Source of the DNA: Eledone cirrhosa
Taxonomy: Eukaryota
Direction of reading: 5' to 3'
Length of the DNA: 64,000 nt
Assembly: GCA_964016885.1 (NCBI GenBank)
Contig: OZ024744.1
Coordinates: forward strand, 42,594,001 to 42,658,000
A program made the position numbers and the translations under genes. Shown here in pieces: positions 48,475 through 61,300 of the stretch. The notes beneath the pieces were generated by a model, which worked only from the letters and a program-made list of their open reading frames with translations, was not told the origin of the DNA and searched no databases. Within the stretch, counting starts at the first letter, position 1, and the number at the start of each line of letters is the position of its first letter.

Positions 48475-48682
48475 GGTTTCTGATTTAAGCACAAGGCCAA
48501 CAATTTTAGGGGAGGGAAAAGTTGATTAAATTAACCCAGTGCGTTACCGGTGCTTTATTTCATGAATCCCGTAAGGATAACGGGCAAAGCTAGCCTTGGC
48601 GAGATTTGAACTCTGAACATAAAGGGCCGTAACTAATGCAAAGTATGTTGTCCAACGCTCTACTGCCAATCCACTACCGTAA
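48475..48682 (-). mobile_element. SINE family A (long variant); its 5' part plus flank is duplicated at 49292-49406
   Basis: gggcaaagctagccttggcgag...aaggcttcacataaat occurs twice. Confidence 0.8.
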
Positions 48683-48779
48683 GGCTTCACATAAATAATA
48701 ACATATCTGTCCTCACCATACTCACCATCACTGCTCTCACCGCCACCACCACCACCACCACCACCACCACCAACATCAT

Positions 48780-49052
48780 TATCATTATCATCATCATCAT
48801 CATCGTTTAACGTCCATTTTCCACGCTAGCATGGGCTAGACGGGAGTTGTCCCAATTTGAGGCAAGGCTGGTCAGGTGACCGTATCTCGCTCGTATAGGA
48901 CTATCTGGCAGGTTTTCTACGACTGGATGCCCTTCCTAACACCAACCACATTTACAGTGTGGACTGGGAACATTTTACTGTGTTACCTACATGGCCACAT
49001 TACAGCGTGGACTGTGTGTTTTTTTTTGTCGTGACACCTACACGACCTCATT
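48780..49052 (-). mobile_element. RTE 3'UTR fragment (second subfamily)
   Basis: Matches the reverse complement of 46965-47335. Confidence 0.8.
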
Positions 49053-50247
49053 ATCATCATTATTTTGTCAATAAAATAAAGTACCAGTAATGCACTGGGT
49101 ATTTGCTGGCCTTGTGCCAAAAGTAGAAACAATTATTTTATGTCTGTCTGTTTCCCACGTTGGTGTGGGTTATCCATAGCTGCTAGAAATAGCAGCTAAA
49201 TCTCCCTTAAATCATATACTACTGTTTTACAAAAACGAAATAGAGACGTATGTGTATTAGATACACATTATCCCCTTAAACAATGGATGAAGGGCAAAGC
49301 TAGCCTTGGCGAGATTTGAACTCAGAACATAAAGGGCTGTAACTAATGCAAAGTATGTTGTCCAACGCTCTACTGCCAATCCACTACCGTAAGGCTTCAC
49401 ATAAATGTCGGGGTTTATCAAATCATATTTTTATAGGCCTACTCACTCAAAACCAGCCTAGGGCTAAACATAACAACATCATTATCATCATCATTGTCGT
49501 CATCATCATCATCATCATCGTCATCATCATCGTCGTCATCATCATCATCATCAACAACATCTTCACAATCTTCACCATAGTCATCTTAACTAAATATATA
49601 GACATATTCTCTAGCATGATAATTATATAGAATTTGTCGGTTTGGGGTGGGGTGCTTCGAAAGAAAGTTGCATAATTTTCATTCAAATTTTTAAATAAAT
49701 TGAAAGGAAGTACTTTATTTTTCTTTCACTGGGAATAGACACCAAAGATGTCTACCTTTTTCGTCCTCTAAAATTTCACTACAGTTATTTCTATTTAATA
49801 GGTTATTGTGACCTACTTTCGTAACAAATACTAATTTTTTATTTTATTGTAAAAATTGCAAGTGATTTTTGTGGTTATGAAAACGGAAAAGGAAGGGAAA
49901 GGCAAGGGCTGTAAGATTACAGAAGAATGGGAGGGAAGAGGGAGGGTGATGGGATCAAGGCCTAGGGTGCAGCGGTGTTGGGGCTGTTCTTTTATCTTAA
50001 ATTATAGTAACTATGGTTGCTTGTTGTTCTGGAATGAAAACATACAGTATTCATGACATTCTAAGAAGCTAAGGCCATATTATTTAATATTTTGAACTCC
50101 ACCACAAAAAAAGGGATGTCAACTTCCCCTTTCACTCAGGTCTGTTACCAGGTTTTGGTGTTTGGAGGCGACTTCAGAATATTCTTGGTGAACATTCTAA
50201 TTCACAATAATTCTAAGGTAGAGTTTCAGAATAACTATCATTATCAT

Positions 50248-50830
50248 GTGGATTGGCAGTATCGGTAGAAGGTTGGACGCCATTCTTTGCAGCATAGTTA
50301 CGTTCCTTTACAGACTGAGTTCAAATCCCACTGAGGTTAACTTTGCATTTCATCCTTACGGGGTCGATAAAATAAAGTACCAGTAATACACTGGCATAAT
50401 TGCTGGCTTTGTGCCAAAAGTAGAAACAATTATCATCATCATCCTCATCATCATCATCATTTAACTTCCATATTTCCACATTTGCATGGGTCAGACAAAT
50501 TGTCACGTTAGGAGACAAGTCAGGTCTGGAGACCAACATGCTCATATATATTTGTATTTTGGCTTAATTTCTACAGTTGGATGCCCTTCTTAATGCCAAC
50601 CACATTATAGTATGGACTAGGTAGTTTTTATCGTGTCACCATCATAACCACCTTACTGGCTTACAGGGCTGACTGGGTGCCTTTTATCATTTTATCAGCA
50701 AGACTGCATTACAGGGTGGACTGGGCACTTTTTGTTGCATTGTTAGGACAACCACCTTACAGGGTGGGCTTAGTACTTTTTCTCTAGTTATTAACATCAC
50801 CACCTTACAGGAAGGACTCGGTGCTTTATA
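50248..50830. mobile_element. SINE A (+, 50248-50430) tail-to-tail with an RTE-type 3'UTR element (-, 50435-50830)
   Basis: SINE core, (CAT)n junction, tggatgcccttc and subrepeats. Confidence 0.78.
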
Positions 50831-51274
50831 TCATCATAATTCTTTCTAAATCAGAGGGTGCCCTTAGAAAAGTAGGGTGGAAGTGATTTCCAATCCCCCA
50901 CCACACCTACCTATTTGGTTTCAATCTTTCTAGGTTGATAAAATACTGTACTGGAGCCAATTCTTCATCTATATCTCTTTTTCTGGAAGAAATTGATTAG
51001 GATCAAACATGAAAAGGGATGGGCCTCACCAGGTTTAAAATGCCCAAATGTGGCATAATGGAGACCCCTACATCTCCATCAAGAGTTACATGTCCATGGA
51101 TGAAAGCAAAAAAGAAAACAATTAAATCAGTATTTGTTGAAGTTAACCCACAACTTATAAGCTTATAATTAACTTTAGTATAACTACTTCTGAATTAGAT
51201 TAAAGAATAATACTAACGGAAATAGACTTGGCAACCTCCCCCTAATACCTTTTTTTAGGTAGGCCTACACACTG

Positions 51275-52130
51275 GCACACAATACTATAGGTGATGGTGA
51301 GGCTAAAGTGCTAAAATAACCAAGCACCCTCACAGACATCATCTGACACCTCAGTAAGGTGAGCCTCTAACAAAGATAAGAACCTTGTTGTCAGTGGCCC
51401 AGCTCAGCCAAACATCCCGAAAACCACAAGCTGGAACAATAGTTTGGCGATAATTCTTGTGGTATTTTAAAATGTTATTCTGTTCCGGTGGATTGGTAGT
51501 ATCGGTAGAGGGTCAGACACCATGCTTTCCAGCATAGTTACGTCCCTTTACGATCTGAGTTCAAATCCCGCCGAGGTTGACTTTGCCTTTCATCCTTACG
51601 GGGTCGATAAAATAAAGTACCAGTAATGCACTGGGTAATTGCTGGCCTTGTGCCTAAAGTAGAAACAGTTATTCTGTTCAGCAATGGAATCAGTGACCCT
51701 CCCATTTACTGTAGTATCCAGGATGTGGGAAGGAGCAAAGGAATCACTGATTGTGGCATCCCAAATGTGACATCTACCTCTTAGCCAGGGACATAGGGTA
51801 AGACTGTTTGGTTTCTCCATATCAACTCAGGACAGTCCAGTCAGCTGAAGAATTTAGGGGATATTTACCCAAGCTAGGGCCCACTTAATAATTAGGTTTA
51901 GCTCAGTATTGCCAGCAAAATAAACAGCATTTAGGTGGCAAACAAACCATGGAAACCTGTGGAGTTGAGGAGCCTACCACAGGAACATTTCAATCACCTG
52001 CAGACAGCGGCTCCTGCTTGGAGTGCAATGGAGATGCAGAGCTCATCCAAACTGAGTAGGCAACCAATGTTGGCTACAGGCAGGACATCAACCCAGACCT
52101 CTTTCTTAGATCCATGCCTGTGGTCTTAAT
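51275..52130 (-). mobile_element. Decayed CRE-clade non-LTR fragment (RLE domain), split by a SINE
   Basis: KPNSLTLCPWLRGRCHIWDATISDSFAPSH resembles the CRE RPDG.T..PW..G....WDAT..D motif; downstream GPLTTRFL...LTEVSDD..EGAWLF.HFS. Confidence 0.65.
51486..51667 (+). mobile_element. SINE family A (short variant) with 12-bp TSD
   Basis: TSD gttattctgttc at 51474-51485 and 51668-51679. Confidence 0.93.
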
Positions 52131-52278
52131 GATCTTCACAATATTTCTAAAGCTGATAATATTGACAGGATTGATATTCTTCTTGAACAACTACAAGTTG
52201 ATTGTATTTCTAATAGAATGCAATCTATTTCAAATAATTAATGGAGTATTTTGAAGGATTTACTAAATTTATTAATTA

Positions 52279-53111
52279 CTAGCAGCAGTACCCACTGTTG
52301 CCTGGGTAGGTAAAATAATATCTGCTTTGATGAAAAGGTGTTGATCTTAGCGACTGCTTCTCGATGACTCATCTATGGCCACACACAAGCCATGCGAGGG
52401 GAGAGTGGTGATGACCTCTATCACTGAGAAACGCAGGTGACTGACGAAGGGGCATGCTGGGGGAGGGAGGTAATGATCTCTAACACTAAGCTAAATTTCC
52501 TCACACTACTTGATTGGAAACCGATAAAGTCTCAAATACACAACTAAAAGCTCAGACGAAGTCAGCGGCCATCGTTTTGCCTTTGACCATCTATAAGATG
52601 TGCAATGATAGGTTCTATTGTAGTATAAAAGTTGAACAAAATAGACTGATTTATGTGTGAGGTGGAGCCGAGTTTCGAATTTGAAAGAAATCGGTTGAAA
52701 AATGTGGGAGATAGAGCCAAAGAAGCAGAAATTTGAGCGAAAAGGTAGTATTTTCGAATATTTAAGCGACTGCCACGCCGTCCCTGAACAACAAATGCAA
52801 AATATAAAGCCATTACAGGATGTGCAAAGATAAATTCTATTTTGCTTTAAAATTTGAACGAAATTGGTGGCAAAATGTGGGAGCTAGAGCCAAAAATCTT
52901 ATTTTTCGATACCTAAAAAAACGTGACCCCCTATCGATTTTTATCTGCAGAATGACACCGGAATAAAAAGACAATACGCTGATATATAGAAAACACTCCC
53001 CGATGACTAATCTATGAGCCTGTAAATTTTCATGAAAATCGGTTGTAAGATGTAGGCCCCTATAGGTAATACACAGACACACACGCATACTTAATTTTAT
53101 ATATATACAGA
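52279..53111 (-). mobile_element. Complete non-autonomous Helitron-like element
   Basis: Reverse complement: a|TCTGTATATATATAAAATT ... cccaggcaacagtgggtactgctgCTAG|t; A|T target, no TSD. Confidence 0.85.
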
Positions 53112-53330
53112 TTTCATTACTGAGATAATAACTTAACATAAAGTTCTTAATGTAAAAATTACATAGGTAAATTTTAATTTATATAGAAACACTTTAAAAC
53201 GGGTGGTTTGTTTTAAAGAACCAAAGCTGGTTTTGGCCAGGTCGATATTAAAAGAGTTAAAACTAGACATTTTGTTAATAAATTTGTTGTTAATTTTTCC
53301 TATGAGTGTAGATAAAAGAAAAAAATTGTA

Positions 53331-53361
<31 letters not shown>

Positions 53362-54186
53362 CATGCACGTTTGTGTGTGTGTGAAAGTGTATGTGTGTTT
53401 AAAGAAAAGGAAATAGGGACTTTATAATATAAAGGAAAATTTGTGACATCTTCTGAAGGCTACACACCAGGTGTGCGGCTGATCCAAAGTCCTAAATCAG
53501 TGACATGATGGTGGAATGATAGGGTAAACGGGGCCATAAAAGCAAAGATCTGGAAAGACTGGAAGAAATGGGGAAACACAGAGCAATTCTTAAAAGCTAA
53601 TAGAGAAGCTAAGTGCCAAATATACTTAGAAAGAGAAAAGGCAGAAAAGAAGTTTGCACATATACTATGATGTGAGGATTAGAAGCATGGAGTGTGCGAG
53701 ATTGAGACAATATGCCAGGGACAGCCATGATGTAGTTGCAGAAAAGTGTGTCTGAAATGATAGTGGAGCACTTGCTCTGACTTATGCCAAAAAGAAAGAA
53801 GTATGGAAGTCATATTATGAGGGGCTGGTGAATAAAGAGAATAAATGGGAGTGTGGGTACCTACCTCATGTACACCCAACTGAGAGACCAGCTATACAAG
53901 TTAACTATTATGTGATAGACAAAGCAATTAAAGATATGAAGGTGGGGAAGCAACCAGAACATTAAGTATAGTTACTGAGATGCTGAAAACACCCAGTGTG
54001 ATGGGTTACTCAGATGTATAGTTAACTAAGGGATGCAAGATGGTGTCATACCTGATGACTGGTGTTGCAATATCATTGCACATTGTTACAAGGGCAAGGG
54101 AGACATTCTAGAGAGTGGTAACTACAGGAGCATTAAGTTGAAGGACCAGGTCATGAGAGTTACTGAAACAATGAGAGCACAACTAA

Positions 54187-54655
54187 TCTAAACTATAATA
54201 AAGAAAGGAGCACGGGACTGTGTACGGTTTATAATTTTTTATCCCATTAGTAAAATAAGTTGGATTACTTTGAATAAATAATGAATATTAGATAATTTAT
54301 CTACTACATTTCGTGGCTGTTGATTAAATATATTTTGTTTATTTAAAGATTCACTTCTTTAAAATTTCTGAAATGTCAACACTTCCGGTTGGCCATCGCT
54401 TAAATAAACATACTAATTTTCTCTCACTAATTTTCTCCTAATGCAGTTTATATATAATATCGTCTTTTTTAATGTATCATGGATTATGTTACTGATTACA
54501 TAAGACAGTGTAACACAGTCTTTGTTCAATTTCTGTCTATTATATATTGTCAATTAAGATTGTATTTGATGTATCATATCTATATGTTTATATACCTGCG
54601 TATAATATCAATATACACACTACACATGCTAGCAGAAAACCACCCGAAGGGTGTT
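54187..54655 (+). mobile_element. Helitron-like insertion in the old RTE
   Basis: a|TCTAAACTATAATAAAG start; ends in partial hairpin ctagcagaaaaccacccgaagggtgtt. Confidence 0.55.
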
Positions 54656-55166
54656 TACTGAAAGAGTGAGAGCATAACTAATTAGAGACATAATCAAGTT
54701 AGGTGAGATGCACTTTAAAAGGTAGGCTTATTACCAATGCTCTCTTTGTGTGACAACTGCAGAAGTACATAGTTAAGAGTAAGCTCTGATATCTTGCCTT
54801 TGTAGATCAGGAGAAAGCCTTCCACAGAGTCCCCTGTTCTGTAATCTGGTGGGCACTAAGTAAGCTAGGTGTAGGCAAATGGCTCATGTCGGCTATGCAA
54901 GCCATAGATGAGCACCCAGGAACTCCATGGAAATTCCTATGTGTTGAAGATCTAATCCTTATAGCTGAATCAGTGGATGAGTTAGATAATCATATAATGA
55001 AAATTATTGTGTACAGTGCTCAGGAGCACTACAACTCATCAAAGCTGCATGTATAGTACATAGAGTAATGCACAAATGCCAGGAAAGTGAACAGTGTATG
55101 AGGCATGATATACACACAGACACACATACACACATACACATGAGTGCATGTGTATGGAGGGGGAAA

Positions 55167-55485
55167 TCATCATCATCATCGTTTAACATCCGTCTTCCAC
55201 GCTAGCATAGGTTAGACGGGTTTGTTCCATTTAGAGGCAAGTTGGGTCAGGTGACCAAGTCTTGCTCATATAGGACTGTTTCTGGCTGGTTTTCTACAGC
55301 TGGATGCCCTTCCTAGCACCAACCACATTGACAGTGTGTTCTAGGAGCTTTTGACCGTGTCTTTTGCACGACCACTTTATAGTGTGGGCTGGGTGCTTTT
55401 TGTCGTTACACCTACACGACCACTTTACAGTGTGGGCTGGGTGCTTTTTGTCATGACACATATACGACCACTTTACAGAGTGGTA
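55167..55485 (-). mobile_element. RTE-type 3'UTR element with subrepeats
   Basis: catcatcatcgtttaac..gctagc..tggatgcccttcc..accactttacagtgtgggctggg. Confidence 0.8.
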
Positions 55486-56249
55486 ATATCAGGTGTAATT
55501 CCAGCCATGGAAGAAAAACCTAAAATCGAAAGGTCTAAAAGTAAACTAATGTCTTAATAAGTAAGAACAAAGATGGGAAGTAGCCTTGTGTTGAAAAGAG
55601 GTGGTCAGAAATTCCATAAAATGTATCTATTTAAAACCTATAGATCACAAGAGATGCAATGGGATTACAGGTAAGTTAACAGAGAAGATATGATTTATAT
55701 GCAACAGATGTACAAGAGCAGTAAGCACTAAGAGCATACTTGAAATTTATTTGCTCAAATGCCAAGGTGGCTCTCTAGAGGTTGTTGACAGATACTGTTA
55801 CTTTATTGGCTTAACCAGCAATAAAAGTTGATACTCTGAAAGCATAGTACCCAGGGTAAAAACAGGTTGGAAGAAATTTAAAGAACTAGTACGTCAGCTG
55901 ATAACAAAGGTCTTTGCTCACTGAGGGGAGGGTGGAAAGTATGATGCCAGCATGGAAACTGCAATGCTATATGGCAGTAAAACATAGGCCTTGGGAAGAC
56001 TAGAAAGAAATGAAGTGAACAATCTCCGATGGATGTAATGTCAGTGTACATAAACGATATAGCATCTGTGAAATGAGAGAAAAAGTTGGCATAAGAACTG
56101 GATGTAGTGTGCAAAAAAGAATACATTGTTGATATGAACATGTGATGCAGATATGGAAGATGACAGCTGTATAAAGAAGTGCAAAAAAATATATAATTAC
56201 ACCCTAGTTTTTTAAGGTTAATTCCCATTGCTATTTTCTCCATTTAATT

Positions 56250-57160
56250 TGTTCCCATGTTACTGAAGAGTTACCTTCTAACACTGCCACTCTCTCCAGC
56301 ACCCATGTTACTGAAGAGTTACCTTCTAACACTGCCTCTATCTTCAGCACCCATGTTACTGAAGAGTTACCTTCTAACATTGCCACTCTCTCCAGCATCC
56401 ATGTTACTGAAGAGTTACCTTCTAGCATTACCGCTATCTTCAGCACCCATGTTACTGAAGAGTTACCTTCTAACATTGCCACTCTCTCCAGCATCCATGT
56501 TACGGAAGAGTTACCTTCTAGCATTACCGCTATCTTCAGCACCCATGTTACTGAAGAGTTACCTTCTAACATTGCCACTCTCTCCAGCATCCATGTTACT
56601 GAAGAGTTACCTTCTAGCATTACCGCTATCTTCAGCACCCATGTTGCTGAAGAGTTACCTTCTAACACTGCCACTCTCTCCAGCATCCATGTTACTGAAG
56701 AGTTACCTTCTAGCATTGCCGCTATCTTCAGCATCCATGTTACTGAAGAGTTACCTTCTAACACTGCCTCTATCTCCAGCATCCTTGTTACTGAAGAGTT
56801 ACCTTCTAGCATTGCCACTATCTTCAGCACCCATGTTGCTGAAGAGTTACCTTCTAGCATTGCCGCTATCTTCAGCACCCATGTTGCTGAAGAGTTACCT
56901 TCTAGCATTGCCGCTATCTTCAGCACCCATGTTACTGAAGAGTTACCTTCTAGCATTGCCGCTATCTTCAGCACCCATGTTACTGAAGAGTTACCTTCTA
57001 GCATTGCCGCTATCTTCAGCACCCATGTTACTGAAGAGTTACCTTCTAGCATTGCCACTCTTAATATTTAGAATGTTCCTATGTTACTGAAGAGGTATTT
57101 CCTAATGTTACCACTCTCTCTCCATTTAGTTTGTTCCTATGTTACTAAAGAGTTATCGGC
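56250..57160. repeat. 48-bp minisatellite, ~17-19 copies
   Basis: Unit catgttactgaagagttaccttctagcattgccgctatcttcagcacc; alternating 96-bp dimers at ~56350-56690. Confidence 0.96.
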
Positions 57161-57502
57161 AAATATTTCCCCTATCTCCCTCTCACTGCCCCACACCGCC
57201 ACCACCACCACCACCACCACCACCACCACCACCACCACCATGAAATGGTTAGTTGACATTTACCACCATTTAATTACCATTATCTATATCTGTTGATATC
57301 TTTCATTTGCTACCATATTAAATACCGTCAATCACCTTCTGCCCCTAACCATTATTCTCCCACCCACCTCCAACCTCTGATACTGAGATACTCAGCCATC
57401 ATCTGCAAACTCTTACTCGCCATCACACTTCTCTTTCTGTCACCAAAAAAACCAGCTATGGAAAACTTACAATATTTTGTTTGTTTGATATGGATATGTG
57501 AA

Positions 57503-57916
57503 AGCACATGGTTTAGTGGTTAGAATTTATTTAGAGTTTATAATTATGAGGTTGAGTTTGATTCCCGGACTGGACAATGCATTGTGTCTTTGAGCAAGGC
57601 ACTTTATTTCATATTACTCCAGTTTACTCAGCAGTAGAAATGACATGATAGGGACTGGTGTCCATATCACTCCACTGCAAAGTGGTCGTGGAGGTGCCAC
57701 GGCAAAAAAGCACCCAGCACTCACTGTAAATGAGGTTGGTGTTACCTCCAACACTCACTGTAAATGAGCTGTAGAAATCAAGCCAGAATCAGTTCCCGTA
57801 TGAGCAAGACAAGGTCAGCCGACCAGACACTGCCCACAACAGGACAACCCGTCTAACCCATGCTAGCGTGGAAGAATGGGCGAAAAACAGTGATGATGAT
57901 GATAATGATGATGATG
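57503..57916 (+). mobile_element. SINE family B fragment followed by an RTE 3'UTR with (GAT)n tail
   Basis: gagcaaggcactttatttc..ctccagtttactcagc; 57668-57916 matches the first RTE subfamily 3' end. Confidence 0.75.
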
Positions 57917-57989
57917 TGTGTTCTCTCTGGAAATTAAAAGTCCTTTAACATGCTTTTAGAATAACACTAAAAGTTTTTCCTTATATATG

Positions 57990-58355
57990 TAGTTATTGTT
58001 TATTGTTGTTGATGATGATGATGGTAATGCTGTTGTTGGTGTTGTTATTACTGTCATTATAATAATAATAATTATTATTATTATTATTTTAGTTATTGTT
58101 GTTGTTCTTCTTGCTGCTGTTATTGTTGTTGTTGCTGCTGTTGGTGTTGTTGTTGATGATGATGTTATCATTGTTATTGTTGTAGCTACAGTCATTGCTG
58201 TTGTGGATGTTGCTGTTGTTACTGTTGTTATATTGTTATTGTTGCTGTTACTGGTATCATTGTAGTTGCTGGTGCTATTGTTGTTGCCATTGTTGTTGTT
58301 GTTGATGTTATAGTCACATCTGCTGTTATCATTGTTGATGTTTTTGCTATTATTG
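57990..58355. repeat. Degenerate (GTT/ATT/GAT)n low-complexity tract
   Basis: Direct inspection. Confidence 0.9.
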
Positions 58356-61300
58356 TTGGTAATGTAACTGTTTTAGGTACTCTGTCTACAACTGTGTTAC
58401 TAGTTGGTAATATAACCATATTAGTAACTCTGGCTACAACTGTGTTACTAGTTGGTAATGTAACCATGTTAGTAACTCTGTCTACAACTGTGTTACTAGT
58501 TGGTAATGTAACCATGTTAGTAACTCGGGCTACAACTGTGTTACTAGTTGGTAATGTAACTGTTTTAGTTACTCTGGCTACAACTGTGTTACTAGTTGGT
58601 AATGTAACCATGTTAGTAACTCTGGCTACAACTGTGTTACTAGTTGGTAATGTAACTGTTTCAGTTACTCTGGCTACAACTGTGTTACTAGTTGGTAGTG
58701 TAACTGTTTTAGTTACTCTGGCTACAACTGTGTTACTATTTGGTAACGTTACTGTTTTAGTTTCTCAGGCTACAACTGTGTTACTAGTTGGTAATGTAAT
58801 TGTTTTAGTTACTCTGGATACAACTGTGTTACAAGTTGGTAATGTAACTATTTTAGTTACTCTGGCTACAACTGTGTTACTATTTGCTAATGTAATTATT
58901 TTCGTTTCTCTGGCTACAACTGTGTTACTAGTTGGTAATGTAACAGTTTTAGTTACTCTGGATACAACTGTGTTACTAGTTGGTAATGTAACTATGTTAG
59001 TAACTCTGGCTACAACTGTGTTACTAGTTGGAAATGTAAGTGTTTTAGTTTCTCTGGTGACAACTGTGTTACTAGTTGGTAATGTACCTGTTTTAGTTAC
59101 TCTGGCTACAACTGTGTTACTAGTTGGTAATGTTACTGTTTTAGTTACTCTGGCTACAACTGTGTTACTAGTTGGTAATGTAATTGTTTTAGTTACTCTG
59201 GCTACAACTGTGTTACTAGTTGGTAATGTAACTGTTTTAGTTACTCTGTCTACAACTGTGTTACTAGTTGGTAATGTAACTGTTTTAGTTACTCTGGATA
59301 CAACTGTGTTACTAGTTGGCAATGTAATTGTTTTAGTTACTCTGGCTACAACTGTGTTAGTAGTTGGTAATGTAACTCTTTTAGTAACACTGGCTACAAC
59401 TGTGGTACTAGTTGGTAATGTAAGTGTTTTAGTTGCTCTGACTACAAATGTGTTACTATTTGATAATGTTACTGTTTTAGTTAATCTGGCTACAACTGTG
59501 TTACTAGTTGGTAATGTAAATGTTTTAGTTACTCTGCCTTCAACTGTGTTACTAGTTGGTAATGTAACTGTTTTAGTTACTCTGGCTACAACTGTGTTAC
59601 TAGTTGGTAATATAATTGTTTTAGTTACTCTGGCTACAACTGTGTTACTAGTTGGTAATGTTACTGTTTTAGTTACTCTGGCTACAACTGTGTTACTAGT
59701 TGGTAATGTAACTGTTTTAGTTACTCTGGATACAACTGTGTTACTAGTTGGTAATGTAACTGTTTTAGTTACTCTGGATACAACTGTGTTACTAGTTGGT
59801 AATGTAACCATGTTAGTAACTCTGTCTACAACTGTGTTACTAGTTGGTAATGTAACCATGTTACTAACTCTGGCTACAACTGTGTTACTAGTTGGTGATG
59901 TAACCATGTTAGTAACTCTGGCTACAACTGTGTTACTAGTTGGTAATGTTACTGTTTTAGTTACTCTGGCTACAACTGTGTTACTAGTTTGTAATGTAAC
60001 TGTTTTAGTTACTCTGGCTACAACTGTGTTACTATTTGGTAATGTAATTGTTTTAGTTACTCTGGCTACAACTGTGTTACTAGTTGGTAATGTAACTGTT
60101 TTAGTTACTCTGGATACAACTGTGTTACTAGTTGGTAATGTATTTGTTTTAGTTACTCTGGCTACAACTGTGTTACTAGTTGGTAATGTTACTGTTTTAG
60201 TTACTCTGGCTACAACTGTGTTAATAGTTGGTAATGTATTTGTTTTAGTTACTCTGGCTACAACTGTGTTACTAGTTGGTAATGTAACTGTTTTAGTTAC
60301 TCTGGATACAACTGTGTTACTAGTTGGTAATGTATTTGTTTTAGTTACTCTGGCTACAACTGTGTTACTAGTTGGTAATGTTACTGCTTTAGTTACTCTG
60401 GCTACAACTGTGTTAATAGTTGGTAATGTAACTGTTTTAGTTACTCTGGCTACAACTGTGTTACTAGTTGGTAATGTAACTATGTTAGTAACTCTGGCTA
60501 CAACTGTGTTACTAGTTGGTAATGTAATTGTTTTAGTTACTCTGGCTACAAGTGTGTTACTAGTTGGTAATGTTACTGTTTTAGTTACTCTGGCTACAAC
60601 TGTGTTACTAGTTGGTAATGTAACTGTTTTAGTTACTCTGGCTACAACTGTGTTAATAGTTGGTAATGTAACTGTTTTAGTTACTCTGGCTACAACTGTG
60701 TTACTAGTTGGTAATGTAACTGTTTAGGTTACTCTGGCTACAACTGTGTTACTAGTTGGTAATGTTACTGTTTTAGTTAATCTGACAACAAATGTGTTAC
60801 TAGTTGGTAATGTTACTGTTTTAGTTACTCTGGCTACAACTGTGTTACTAGTTGGTAATGTTACTGTTTTAGTTACTCTGGCTACAACTGTGTTACTAGT
60901 TGGTAATGTAACTGTTTTAGTTACTCTGGCTACAACTGTGTTACTAGTTGGTAATGTAACCGTTTTAGTTAATCTGACCACAACTGTGTTACTAGTTGGT
61001 AATGTTACTGTTTTAGTTAATCTGACCACAAATGTGTTACTAGTTGGTAATGTTACTGTTTTAGTTACTCTGGCTACAACTGTGTTACTAGTTGATAATG
61101 TAATTGTTTTAGTTAATCTGACCACAAATGTGTTACTAGTTGGTAATGTTACTGTTTTAGTTACTCTGGCTACAACTGTGTTACTAGTTGGTAATGTAAC
61201 TGTTTTAGTTACTCTGGATACAACTGTGTTACTAGTTGGTAATGTAACTGTTTTAGTTACTCTGGATACAACTGTGTTACTAGTTGGTAATGTAACCATG

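Larger units (their letters stand above)
53455..56190 (+). mobile_element. Old, heavily decayed RTE copy with nested insertions
   Basis: WWN, CYKGKGD, NYR.IKL.DQVM, FVD.EKAF.RVP, PW..L...DL.LIAES, PHD remnant at ~55575-55710. Confidence 0.8.

Noticed and set aside
56231-57090. 275-277 aa ORFs on both strands
   Set aside because: A stop-free 48-bp unit is open in several frames; no unique domain or splice support
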